Below, in pieces: positions 37,442 through 50,600 of a DNA stretch of 64,000 nt. The translations under genes and the position numbers were made by a program. Source of the stretch: Sphyrna mokarran (Eukaryota); the NCBI GenBank assembly GCA_024679065.1, contig JAGIQG010000010.1, positions 64,852,001-64,916,000 of the forward strand, given 5' to 3'. Position 1 is the stretch's first letter, and every line of letters begins with the position of its first letter. The notes beneath the pieces were generated by a model. That model was not told the DNA's origin and did not search any database. It was given only the letters and a program-made list of their open reading frames with translations.

Positions 37442-37579
37442 GGGCTGGAATTTTCTTTCCGTTCACACCCTGTGACCGTTGCAGTCGAGGGCAGAGATTT
37501 TAGCGCTCAGCCAAATCTCCATTCACTATAACAGGACCAGAGGATCCCACCAGGGTGAAAGACTGGGAAATTCCAGCCT
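37442..37579 (+). mobile_element. ~135-bp MITE-like element
   Basis: TIRs gggctggaattttc / ggaaattccagcc; homologous to 7105-7236. Confidence 0.7.
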
Positions 37580-38377
37580 TGCTGTCCTGAGACAAGAGAA
37601 TAGGAAAAGGGAAAAAAGGCACAATTTTCAGTTAGGCAGCAGTATGATGTAGTTACTCCCAGTAGTATGTTATATGTAGAACTGGGTACAGACACAAAAT
37701 TGGCTGAGGTACTGAAATTATTGAGCTTGCCAAGTTGATGTCTGCACCCATTACTTAGTGTCTGTGCTTCTTTCCTGCTAACAACGGTTAGAAGGAAGCA
37801 ATGAAGCCAATGTTTGGTTTTCAGTTAGATATGTTTAAAAGATGTCTCTGTTTTAACACACTGGACAAAATCACAAGTCATCACATTAGCACAAGTGGAA
37901 TAAGGTTTGTAATGTGTTCAGATTTTTGAGAAGTTAATCTCTTACTAATTCACATTATAGCAAATTGATATTATATAATTAAGCATTAAGGGTATTCCTG
38001 CACACTGCAGAGAATAGTCCAACCACTTATTTATAACAAAGCATCAAGGATGTATACTTTTAAAAATGTGATTACATTATAGCCTGTAATCAATAATCTA
38101 ATCAAATGTTAATGTTTTCCACTGGAATGTTAACTGTCCATTTACTTTAATTGGTGGAAGTTAGATGTTCATTCACAATGTCACAGAAAGCCAACATAGA
38201 TTGTATTTTCAATAATCCATGTTGTTAGAGTTGCCATTTTGCTCTGTGTTTACTGGAGAGATGGAGCCTTTTGCAGGAAACCTATTTCTCAGATACTTGG
38301 ACACATTCAACTATGGAGAATAATTTCTGACAGCAGAATTGACAAGGCAGCTTTTATCATGACAGATTGAATTAATA

Positions 38378-38487
38378 ATCTTTTATTTAAGAAATCTGGA
38401 ATTGCAGTTAAAATTATTTTCACCTGTTTATGATCTTTTATTTAGGAAATCTGAAATCACAGTTAAAATTATTTTCACCTGTTTATG
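38378..38487 (+). repeat. Tandem duplication, 2 x 55 bp
   Basis: 38378-38432 and 38433-38487 differ at 4 positions. Confidence 0.95.
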
Positions 38488-39426
38488 CTGAACCATTTAT
38501 CTTTTTCAAGGAACTGATACACAGGGTAGATTTTCTAAGTCTTTATCCACGGTAAGGAACTTTACAGATGTTGTTGGAAATCGTGGAAAATTAGCCACCG
38601 GCCTGGTCAGAGCTATGTAAGACAATCCAAAAATTCAGACATTCCTCATGAATGATGTGGGACAGATAACACAAAGTGGAAGTGATTTGACTGGTCTCTG
38701 ACTGCGATGGTAAAATGTGCATGTCATGTTGATAAATTAATTTGAAATTGCTTTGTGAACTTGATTTCTAAAGTGAGTGTTTTTTGCTCTGGTCGTCACA
38801 CTCCAATCAGCAACTGATGGGGTTACAAGATGTTTCCAGCTTTCTGCAGTGTAGCAGGAAAGGCAGAGGAGATGATAGATATTATTTTTTGTTCCTCCTC
38901 TTGGAGAGGTGCTTGGCTTCTGTCCAAAATTTCCTGTTTGGATCATTTTAAACCTTTTTTTTAGAGATTGCCCCCCTCTTGTTTTGATGTTGCTCTGAGG
39001 AAAATCCCAACATGAGTGTCTTTGCCTTGAAAATTGAGAGTTTTTTTCAGCAACATGCCTGGAAATTTCTGAATGAGAAATAAACCTCAGAGGGATGTAA
39101 ATAGACTGCCAACTTGCAATCATCTATGTTAAATCACACGAAGTATCTCAGAGTTTTATGGGGACAGATGCTGCTTTCCTTTCTCAAAATCTCCATATAT
39201 TTGTTATATTAGAAACTCGTTTGTGGGATTGTAAACTAATCTTATTACATCATGGGACACTGTGCTGAATATCAATCTTTTGTGTTACACATAAAATGAT
39301 CACTGTAATACTTGTGTGGACTTGTGACCAAAGTAAAACCTTTTCTTCAAGTTATCAGCAACAGATGATGCTACATCAGTTCACCCCCACTTTCCATTCT
39401 TAAGCTCCTGTCAAAAAAGTTGCATA

Positions 39427-40401
39427 CATAAGAATTGGGAGTAGGTAACTCAGCCCCTCAGGCTGGCTCTGCTACTCTGTAATATCATGGCTGATCTGAT
39501 AGTAACATCAACTCCACATTTCTTCTGAGTTAAAAATATTCAAGGACTCTCTTGCACTGCCTTTTGAGGAGGAGAGTTCCAAAGACTCTCAATTCTCAGA
39601 GAAAACAATTCCCATCTCAAATGGAGGACCACATATTTTTAAACAGTGACCCTAATTTGCTCCCACAAGAGCAAACATCCTTCCACATCCACCCTGTCAA
39701 GACCTCTCAGGTTCTTGAAGGTTTCAATCAAGTTGTCTCTTATGCTTCTAAACCTCATGATACGATCCTGCCATTCCAGGTATTAATCTAATAAATCTCT
39801 GAACTGCTTCCAATGCATTTCCTCATCCTTCTTTAAATAAGGAGACAAAGTCAGTACACAGGATTCCAGATATGGTCTCACTAATGCCCTGTATAAATGA
39901 AGCATAACTTGCTACTTTTGAAATCAATTCTTCTTGCAATAAAAAATAACATTCTATTCAGTTTATCTAATTTACTTACTGTATCAGCATACTAATCTTT
40001 TGTGATTCAGGCATAAAATATCTACATCTGCATTTCAGAGTTCTGCAATCTCGCATCATTTACATAATATGCTTGTTTATTCTTCCTGCCAAAATGGACG
40101 ATTTTTCATTTTTCTGCTTTACATTCCCTTTGCAAGATCTTTGCCAACTCACTTAACCTATCTAATTCTTTTTGCATGCTCCTTATGTCTTCTTCACAAC
40201 TTGCTTTCCTACCTATCTTTGTGTTACTGGAAATTTAGCAGCAAACCTTCAATCCTTCCTTTAAGTCATTTATATATATTGTAAAAGGTTGAGACCCCTT
40301 CGGCACACAACTCATTACATTTTACCAACCAGAAAGTGACCCATTTATGCCCACTCTTTATTTCATGTGAGTTAGTCCGTCTTCAATCCACGCCAATATG
40401 T
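39427..40401 (-). mobile_element. Old CR1 LINE 3' portion
   Basis: 3' UTR cagcccctcaggctggctctgc...atcatggctgatctg; decayed RT C-terminus (ttccagatatggtctcactaatgccctgtata; aatttagca; tcatttatatatattg). Confidence 0.85.
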
Positions 40402-42084
40402 AATTTTTTTTAAAGTCATCTTTAACATGCAACTCAAATACTTTTGAAGGCTTGTCTGATATGATTTTACAATACCAGTCATAACTCTAGTATAAATTCT
40501 GTAATATTTTTGGGTGTTGTCTCATCTTTCCAAACTGGTTTGTGTTTGGTTGCTGATGAGCACTGAATTTAGGATCAGCTGCCACCCTACAAGTTAAAAT
40601 GAACAAAAGTGAGAATAGATGCCAGAGGATCATTTTACTGAAGTTGAAATCAGCAAATGCACCTGGAATTCCATGTTGGCAGTGACTAGCTTCAGACCAT
40701 GATCTGAAATCTGAAGGTGCTTGGAATTCCAATGTTCACTGCTCAGTAAACAGATACAGTCAACACTTCTCAATTCCACGTGTTTAAAATGTTACTGCTG
40801 CCTTCTGCAAACAGTAGGTTTATGATGCTGCCTGCAGCATAGTGGAGTGGGTTTTAATAATGCTATGATTGGAATTACAAATACAAAAGTATTTTTGATG
40901 CGTCAATGAGCAGCCTTTCAACTTTGACCTCCAGCAACCGCAACCATTTTCCTTTAGTGGTAGGGGAGAGTATTGCTCAAATTTCTGGTGGATCCAAGGT
41001 AGGAGGTCAGCCAGGGGAGCATTGGAAAATAAAAACCTCAGGGTAACGTAATGAGGCTTTAAACAGCAGCACAAGATTCAAAAAATTCTGTTTGTGATGA
41101 AACTATTGAAACTTGAACCTTTTTTGAAATACAGGCAGAGTCTGCTTTTTAACTTAAAAGTCAACTTTCTCAGTAGCACAATAATTTAAAATACCTGGTT
41201 AATGTTTATAATGTAAAAACAGCTTTGTCAGTCTTTGCATACTGGGCATAATTAGCTGTTAAACCTGCAGAAATTTTTAAATTAATGATTGAAGGCCAAG
41301 CATGTTTCCCTCATAATGTGTGCTACTCTTTATGGTGTAAAGAAATCTTTAATTTACAGTATAATATATTGGCCATCAGTTACTGGAGTTTTTCAAATCT
41401 AACTGTGAAATTTAAACTGTTCCTTGCATTGCGACACAAGAGTGAAATTTATAGTCAGAAAATTCTTGTCTTAAAAGTAAGTTTTTTTTTTTAGCCATTT
41501 GTTTGTTGTAGGGATGATCACGTAGAGCATGGGAAGTGTTTTTTTTAACTTGAATGGTTTTAGTTCAGAAAATGCCAGAGAAGGATTCCCATAAATAATT
41601 GACCTACAAGGTAGGGAGGGAGCTGTTGAAATTGCGAGAGTTCCTTCTGAATTTGATGATCCAACTCCTTTTGTTTAAATGACATGAGATACAAATTGGA
41701 CAATTACAATGATAAACAACCAAAGTTCCAGCTGTTACAGCAAATGTCTTTTATTTTCTGTTTTGAAATATGTTTGGTAAGAAAGCCTTTTATTAGACTA
41801 GACTGAATTATTATTACAAGCATTGAGTAATTCAGTTGCATTTAATCTGTTGGAATTGTTTAGTTGAATTTCATTGTGGAGAGCACACAATGGGCTTGGG
41901 CGTAGATAAAGGTTTTAAACTAGTGAAATTGACGAGGGCATTGAGAAACTGGCTTCAGTCTGCCAGCGTCTCCAGTTTTTTATTTTGGGGGTTTACACAC
42001 AGCTCCCTCAGGAAGCAAGTTATCCATTTTCACATGTTAATTGTTCAATTAGAATGATTGTTATATATTTTCATTTTAACATCA

Positions 42085-42500
42085 AGTCCATGGCTTGTCT
42101 AAATTTGCTAAAACTCACCAGTGAATCCAAAGCAAGTATATCTCAAACAACTGGCTGCAACTTGACACCTGTTATCATTATCATGCTTTCTGATCTACAC
42201 TACTTCCTTGTCCCTAAATGTATCAAATGTAAAGTTATTGGCTTATCTATAAATCTGTCTATAGTCCCACCACCTGTATCTCTGCAACCTCTTTCTATCT
42301 CACATCCCCTCCTATTCCTTCTGCTTTCCTGAATTTGATCTTTTATGCATCTCCTATGCTGTATACAATTTGGTGGCAGAATCTTCAATGATCCTGATTG
42401 TACTTTCTCCTTCAATTTTCTCTGTCATTAAAGGCCTCATTAAATCCTCCTCTTCATTCTCTACACCATTTACTGCTTAATGGAATGTTTGAAAATGCAC
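42085..42500 (+). mobile_element. L2-like LINE 3' remnant
   Basis: TPVI..MLSDLHYFLVPKCIKCKV resembles the L2 TPVL..LHWLPV..RI.FK motif; ttggtggcaga resembles GGRAF. Confidence 0.55.
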
Positions 42501-45500
42501 TTTATTAATGGAAATGATTGTTTCCTTTGTTGAAACAAAATTGACCAATTGCTTCACAGCCTGTAGCAGTTTTCTCAGAAACTAAATATTGAGCTTAACT
42601 TTAGCTAATACAAAGACTCGCAGTACAGTATCCTGATGAAAGATGTTTCTTTATTGACCAACGCACATTGAAAGAGAAGGGCTGGGCAATGCAACTCTTC
42701 TCTGAAGTTGTATCACAGTGACAATACAATTATACAAGACATTTTACCTGTGTTCTAACTCATCATGAGCAAATCAGCATTAATAAATGTCATATACCTT
42801 AGTCAATTACAGATATTCCTAGACAGCATGGGAACTAAGTTTTAGCAGTTTCTGCCTGACTTTCCCATGGTCACCTGTCCTGGACTCTTATCTGGCTAAT
42901 TCATTAAGCTCTCTGGAATCACTTGCTTGTCCTTGTTCAATGAATATCTTATTTACTGAGCTGTCTGGTACCCATGCTGATAAGAGCTATGCTTCTATGG
43001 GTGTATTGTTATAAGGAATGTGGTTCACTTTACTGGCCTATTTCCTACGATGCCCTGGAACCCTGTACCATTGGCCAAGATGTATGCTTGTTCAATAATA
43101 CACTTTCAAAAGTATATGTTTAAATTCTCTAACTGTGGTTATATATGTTTCTCTGCAAACAGTATCTCTGTAAGATAAGGTAGTGTGTGATTATATTATA
43201 TTGTATTATATTATCCTAAATTAATTCACTCAGTTTTAATAGTCATTATTAGTGTTTGAAATTCCAGAGTATTTTGAAGTTCTCTTGGGACCCTCTCTCT
43301 GGTCCCATCACATATTCGTGAAAAGTTAAAATAGCGATTGAAGCTGGCAGACAATGGCACAGTCTCATAATGTGCCCATCCATTTTGTGGACACTTCAGC
43401 TTGCATTGCATTACACAACATACTACTGTCACCAGTTTGCAGGAGTTTAAATCTAAGCACTCCACCAGAAATTTATATGGGAATGCTTCTCCCCCAGCAT
43501 AAATTATAATTTCCATATGGAACATTTTCATTCTAGAATTAAAAACTTATGTCAAGTGGATACGTGCAGTGTCCTTAAAAGAAGGCATTAGACAATATTA
43601 TGAACTACTGTTCCACAATACTTGCATCTGATGCAGTTGTATTACTGTGTATTTAATGGAATGGACATGAACCTCTCTTAGAGTGCCTTTTATTTGTCCT
43701 CTATTTAGCAAAAAACCCATTGAAATTTCCACTGTAAATGGTTACGGATAAGTAGTTTTAAAATAAATTCTCAGTGTTGTAATCCTTGGCCATTAACTAT
43801 TGTAAGGTGTTTATAAATCTCTCAGGAATGCCATTTACAAAATGCTAATAGTAGCTCTTGTGACCAGTTAGGGTACATACTTTAATTAATCTCTGCACTA
43901 GTACTGAATCCATAAGCAACCAGCAGCAATTTCAGAATAATGATGATGATTTTCAAAAGATACTTGTAACAATGTGGTGATTCCCATGTAGACTGTGATA
44001 ACCAATGGATATTTATTTACTGTATCATCTGTAGCATGAGCAGTTTGTGCTGGCAGCTCACATTGAATCTGTGTGACCATTCTCCTTATTCTGGAGTTGC
44101 CAAGCAAAGTTTGACTGTTGAATATTGGCATGGCTCACTCCATTAAATCACTGGCCTGGCATTAGTCTAACAAACCACTCACATGCCAGATTATACAGAG
44201 AAAATATTACCTCCACTAGGACTGTAGTCTGAATGTCAAACAACCTGTTCTATCAGTTACCTTGCTGTATATTATACGCTTTGTTTATTTGTTCAGTTGT
44301 CCACCAACCCTTCACTCCTATCTCCTAAGTCCTTAGTTTGTGCATGCTTCTACAAATATAACAAATTCTTTGTATATTTGCATTATATGGTGCATCTTAC
44401 AGAGCACTGCTGTGTGTTGATAAAATGTTGAAGTAATTTAGTAGCTATGATCTGGATAGTATGATCAGTCACAGTACAGTATTTTTTGGTATTTGTGATT
44501 GGCTTCTTTGTTCAGACATGTAACTTACCATATTCAGAGAAGTTATTGTATTGCATGCGACCCCTCATTCTGTGCAGTCCCTGTTGTAACAGTTGCCTCA
44601 CCAACCCCTGACAAGGATGAATCTACTGTGCTCAAAACTATTCAGAAAACATGGGCATAAATATTTTTATTTTGGTTGAATTTTCTTCCTCCTTTCCAGT
44701 TTTCCTGTATTTATTTTTATCCTTTCTACTATTCAACTCACAAGAAAAACTGATAATAAACTCATGGGTTCAAATGCTGAATTATCCAGACTGCCATTAG
44801 CTCTCCTGTTTTTCAACGGTTATTTCAGAGCCCACTTGATTATAAATCAGTTGAACTAATAGTCTAACAGATCTGCAATTTGGATAATCCAACTTGTTTT
44901 GCTTTTCAAAATGTCCAGGAATCACCAGTTAGGAACTGTCAACTGGAACAGGAACAACTTCTGAAATATTTAAAGTGGTATACAAATAAAATCTATGGAA
45001 ATGGTTCCTTTTAATGAAAAGTTGGATCAAGAAATAAACAGAGACAGGATACAGAGCTGTTGCATCTTGGGCAGAGCAATTAGCTTTGAAGCTGCCTTTC
45101 TTTCGTTTGGAGATTTAATCCATGGAGCTTAACAATTTGAAATGATTGTTTGTACTATCTTCTGGTGAAGCTGGAAGGGCTCCAGCACATGTTTAAGCAG
45201 TGAACCTGGATCTTTGATATTAATCAGTACTAAGCCACCTTAAGTTGATGCATCCTATTAAAATGTAATGTGAATCACTAATGTGAAACAGTTCTATGCT
45301 GTTTTTGAATTGAGACTGTGGTATCTTTTGGAAATCTTATCTGGAGTCAGTCTGTGGTGCTGTGTTTGTGTGAAACATGCCTGACTGCTCTGGTAAATGA
45401 TGTTTATCTTTGAGTGCACTTTGTCTTTCCTTATCGATTTTCTTCCATAGAATTTCCTGCACAGAACTTAAAATATTGATAGTTATCAATAACTTACCTT

Positions 45501-45568
45501 ATCAATGTTTCAGGATCTACATATTCTTAAAAATGTCGAAGAATGGAGAAAAGAACCACCTGTAATAT

Positions 45569-45770
45569 GGGCAGGATTCTTCAACACCGCTAACCTTCCA
45601 CCTATAGTGTATTTTCCACCATTGTCTGGCAATGGGATCTTTTGGTCCTGCTGGTATATACTAGGCTTTGCCCACCCCTCACCCTTTGCCTCAAGGGAAT
45701 GTGCTGTGGCAAGGGGTTGTCATCGACAGGACTAGAAGATCCCACCAGTTGGAAGTGCTGGAAAATTTCT
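45569..45770. mobile_element. MITE-like element related to the 37442 family
   Basis: Starts gggcaggattcttc; ends caggactagaagatcccaccagttggaagtgctggaaaatttc; internal inverted gggatctt/aagatccc. Confidence 0.5.
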
Positions 45771-47289
45771 CATCTATTTTACACATACACAACAATATTA
45801 AATTTAAGAAATGTAAAATTGCACGTTTAAGGGGAAAAAATCTGTTCTCCTAGCAGTGCTACACAAATTTACTTTGCTTCCTCAAAGCAGGCAGCGCCAT
45901 AGACACATTTACTACAAATGTCATACTTTTTCACTGTTATTTCTGTAATAACCAATGTCACATCTGACTGACATTTAAACTTGCTATTCATTATATTTAG
46001 TCATTTGAGTCCTCTCAGCTCCATCTCTAAGACAACAGGCATGATAACATTCTTTTGTGTGATGGTTTGGGAATGCAAACACCATACAATACAGCATTGG
46101 AACATGTGAACTTTCCAAAGCTGCAGAAGAGGTATGATGGTAGACACCTGAATGTTATAATATTTCATTTTCCTCTCCTTGACCCAGAACAAGATGTCAC
46201 CTCTGCATTTTTACCTATTCTATCATTCACCATTATTCTCTCTTTTGGCAGTTCAGAGAAAATTCACTGGGAGCTGTAGACAGTTCAGGTCCCACTGGGA
46301 GGTGGGGACAGTTCAGGTCTCACTAGTAAGTATGGAGGGTTCAGGTGTCACTGGGAGAAACAGGATTCATGAGGGTGCCAGAGGATTTAGAATCTACAAA
46401 TGGTGAGCAGAAGCTCTGGAAGTCTAGCCTTGACTGTAGCAAACATATACTCAGATGTTACAGATCTGGATATCATGCTGATGGAGAATTAAGGGCCATC
46501 TCAAGGCATTCAGGATACATTTACAAGGATTATAGTGGAGTCCTAAGCCATCTTCACTGTCAATATCTGAATGGGATCCAAAACTTTTTACCAGTACCCG
46601 AAGTAGAGCATCTAAATCTGAGCAGCAGCCTACCACCCTCTCCCCTGAAGCACTCCAAATTGGAATTGCATCAAATTTTGACGATCTGATTACTGGTTAT
46701 CAAGTATGGGAAACATTTAGAGAGATTGATGTCAGCTGATTTTGGGTGTCATCTCTCCACATGCTGATTACTTGATATTCCAATCCAGTTGATAAACCAT
46801 GACACCATTCTCTCTCAATACTTTATTTCAGTCATTTTCCCAAACACCCACTCGTGTGGCCATTAAGGCCACACTTCCTATGCATTCACATTGGCTGGAA
46901 AATACTTCTGGGATTTTGAGGTCTTGAGGTGAAGGGTCATCTCAGTCCTAAAATACTCATGAAGCCACAATGCAGCCTGGTAGCTCTCGCCTTTAGGCAT
47001 TGCTTAGCACAGCACCAGGATTCAAATAAAACTACAGAGAGGCACTAAGGATGGTATGGCTTTAAGAAGAAGCACAGAGTATAAATGTGCAAAATTAAAA
47101 CAATTTGTGATATAAAATCCATAGTTCCAAACTATGCTGTTGCTTTTTTGTGTTTCCAATGTTTAGAATTCTGTAATAGGACGCACTTTCTTCTGTGCCT
47201 CCTTATTGAAACATTGTTTATCTGTTACATTCCAAGGAAATGGTATTCATTCTTTGTAGCTTCTAGTTTAAAGTTACTGCTTAGAAAAG

Positions 47290-47675
47290 GAAGATCTGAA
47301 TGCATTGAACCTTTAATGATTTCAGGAGTTCTGAAGTGTAATCAGTATTGTAATGTAAGCAAACGCAGCAACAATTTTGGAATGACAAGGTTTCGCAAAA
47401 AACAGATATAAAATGATGAATAATCTGTGTGAATGGGTGAAGTATAAAATATTGGTCCAAAGCTTTTTTTCTGCTCTTCTTTGAATAAAGGGCTCTCGTT
47501 AGTTTTACATCCACCAGAGATTGCAGATGGGGCCATGGTGTAATATCTTTTTCAGGCCCTTGGACAATACTGCACACTCTCAACGTTGCACTGAACATAT
47601 CAGGTTAGATTATCTGAAGTATGGCTTGAACCCAAGACATTCTGAATCAGATGTGAGAGTATTGCCATGGTGCCA
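47290..47675 (-). mobile_element. DeuSINE (SacSINE1-like), degenerate
   Basis: Colinear with 34-443: gaagtgtaatcagtattgtaatgtaagcaaacgcagc...ctgctcttctttgaata...gcttgaacccaagacattctgaatcagatgtgagagt. Confidence 0.7.
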
Positions 47676-50600
47676 AATCTGTCAGTTGGGTTCAGCATTC
47701 TCCTTTCTCATAGTCAGGTCTCATGCAATACTATATTTCTCTTTAACTTCTCATTGTTTTTGCTTCAGTTTTTGCAAATTAATTGAAGAAAATGTTTGAG
47801 TAAACTTGATATTGAATTTTTAATATAAGTATTGCTTTTCAAAATAGGCCACGTATGTTTTTGTGTATTTATGAATAAATATCAGTGACCATTAGTGCAA
47901 GTATCATATGTTTTGTGTTCTGAAAATGTAAATTTCTGTAAAAGTATTAAGTTCAGAGTGACGGAGGCTTGATCTCAAATCTAACCTTACCCTCTCACCA
48001 ATTACACATGGGTTTAAGTCATAAAAGTAAAGAGGAACCTGTCCTCTCTGCTCTGCTGGGTGGCAAGGCATCCATGCAATAGTGAGCCCGATTTTTAGTT
48101 CTAATGGATGCCAGCTGAATTACCAGGGCTCAGCAAACTGGACAACAAAATTAGATGCTAGAGTGAATAAAGTACTTTTTATTAAACTCCCTGCCTAGGC
48201 CAGGAGGAGCAGGCGTGCTTATTCTAGGCCCTTAGTCAGCCTCCACCCCATTCCCTGTGGCGACAGCCCCCAAAAAGCAAGTCTTGATTTGCAATCTGAT
48301 GGACCTCCTGCTGTTTGATTTCCCATCTAACCCTGGTGTCAAATTGGGCACAGACATTCGCTTCCTCAGCCTTTCTGCGTTTCCCTTGCATGAGCTCCCC
48401 TGCAGGCTCCTCACTTCTCTGCAAAAATCAGGGCCAGAGTGTTTCTCCTCGTTGTAATTGAGTAACAAATCTCAAATCATCCCTATGCATCTCGTTGTGT
48501 TAAGAGTAGTCTTTAATTATTTGCTTCCATCTGTGTTCAGTTAGGAATGCAAATTTGTCAAAAGTCAATGGATAGAAAAATCGAGTTTAATGAGTGCGAT
48601 GTCCGTAGTTTTTCACTTTGCCAAAGTAAAAGCACTCCTGTAGTTTGTTACCTCAGTGAAATTGCTTTGTAAAAACTTTAAATATTACTTGTGTTTATTG
48701 ATAGTAGAATGATAGTATTCAGATTGTTAGTAATAAACAGCCCTGGTATTATTCTCTCTGTGGCATGAACACTTCTGTTATGAAAGTGACACAGCTGACT
48801 CACTACAAACAATGCCATGAAGGATGTGCTGGCAATATATCTGAAGCATGCTAAGTATGTGACTTTATCACACTTCTCTATTACACCTCGGCATCACACT
48901 ATTATATCAACCTTTTTATATTCAAATTCTTGCAGTGTAAGTTCTTCCCATTAATTTATTCAAGCTCAGTGCCAATTTCTTCCAGTTAATTGGCTAGTAT
49001 GCAAATGTATTAGATGCTTCATGTTTAATACCTGTAATTCAACCATATATGCAGCTTTCTGGGAAAAGAGACAATGACCCACATGAATTAGATCACTGAA
49101 CAAATTCTGTTACATTTTTGTCTTTTCCCTTCAACAAACCTACTAAAATAAAGTTTGTATCTGAAAAGGAAAACATGTTTCAGAATAATGATGACATGAT
49201 TACACTTCATGTTGTCTTTTGTACTTTTTGACTAGTTTCATTAATTTTTTTTGGGAAGTAATACATCTGCAACATTTATCTATTACTTTTTTAGTGCATC
49301 TCAATGTAACAGTTGTGTTTCCTCTTGGTGTGAAAAGATTTCTTGACTTCTTCATTCATTTCAAAATAAAAATAAGAAGAAATTTTCATTTTTTTTGCAT
49401 TTAAACAATCATGGATTTAGGGACTCCTCCTTTTCCACTCCCAGATACAATTTGGTCTAAAGAGAAAAGCATTTGTGTCAAACAAATCTGCTCACTCATG
49501 TTTGTTTATGTTCACAAACACAAATCAATATTTATTTCTTCACGGAAGTTCTTTATCCAGAATTTGCCAATGAAATTAAATTGAGTTTGAGCTGAAATTA
49601 AATGGTAGGGTTGGACTTTGCTGACTTTTGCTGCTAATATCTTTGCTCCTTCTGATTCATTATAATCCACGCCAATCATAATAAGCCTCTATTTTTAGCT
49701 CTGTATGTAATAAGGGATCCTTCTCTTCAACATTTACACTACCTGCTTCTTTGCAGTTAACTTGAAAGAAAAATACATTTACTTATTTGAAGAAGAATGT
49801 ATTTCAAGCCATGCACTTATTGTTCCAGAGTGAGATGTAGAGGCAGGAATGTACAAGATGAAGTTAGTTATTTTATAAAATATTGCTTGTTTATTTTCTA
49901 GGAGCAAGCCAAAAACACTTAGTATCTGCGTGCAGACTTATATGGTAGAACCTTCGGTCCTTAGTAGGTGTATCACATGTTGTATGAAAAACTGGCACGA
50001 TACATTCACTGACTCTGAGAAGCAAGGTCTGTTCTATTGTCTGCTCATCAGGCAGTTAAATGGGCATCAATGGGCCTTTCTCCAGACTGAGGACCTTGGA
50101 AGACAACCTCCTACCCTCATAGCACTGATGACTAATCAGAGTCTGACAGCTCTTGCATTTGATAGCACCAGAGAGACTGTTGGAGCAAGAGGTCCCAGAG
50201 TCCCAGAATCATAAAGTAAATGCTGCTGGGGGTGGTGAATGAGAGAAAAAGAGATGTGGGGAGGAGATCTTGCAGGGTTTGGGTTTTGGAGAGCTGGTGG
50301 CAGTGGGACTCAGCAGCAAGAGTTAGGTTTGGGGGGGGGGTGGCTGGTGATTGTCTGTCTAAAGCCACCCCTCTGTCCCATGTTCACGCACAGATTAATG
50401 CAGATGAGGGAACACCTTCCTCAAGCTGACATGCACCTACATTTCTTCCAGTAATGCAGGCCACACATTTGCAGGGTCACCTGCTGCTGGGAAGATTCCA
50501 GTGAGGTGGGAAAAGGGCTCTAAGTGGATGCTAACTGGCAATTGGATGACTATGAATTTGCCCAACTAGAACTTCTGGTGCAAGAAGGAAAGCATCATGT

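Noticed and set aside
46854-46874. Short inverted repeats (gtgtggcc-attaa-ggccacac; also ~57105-57131 and ~62542-62568)
   Set aside because: 8-11 bp arms are expected by chance in 64 kb; no supporting context.
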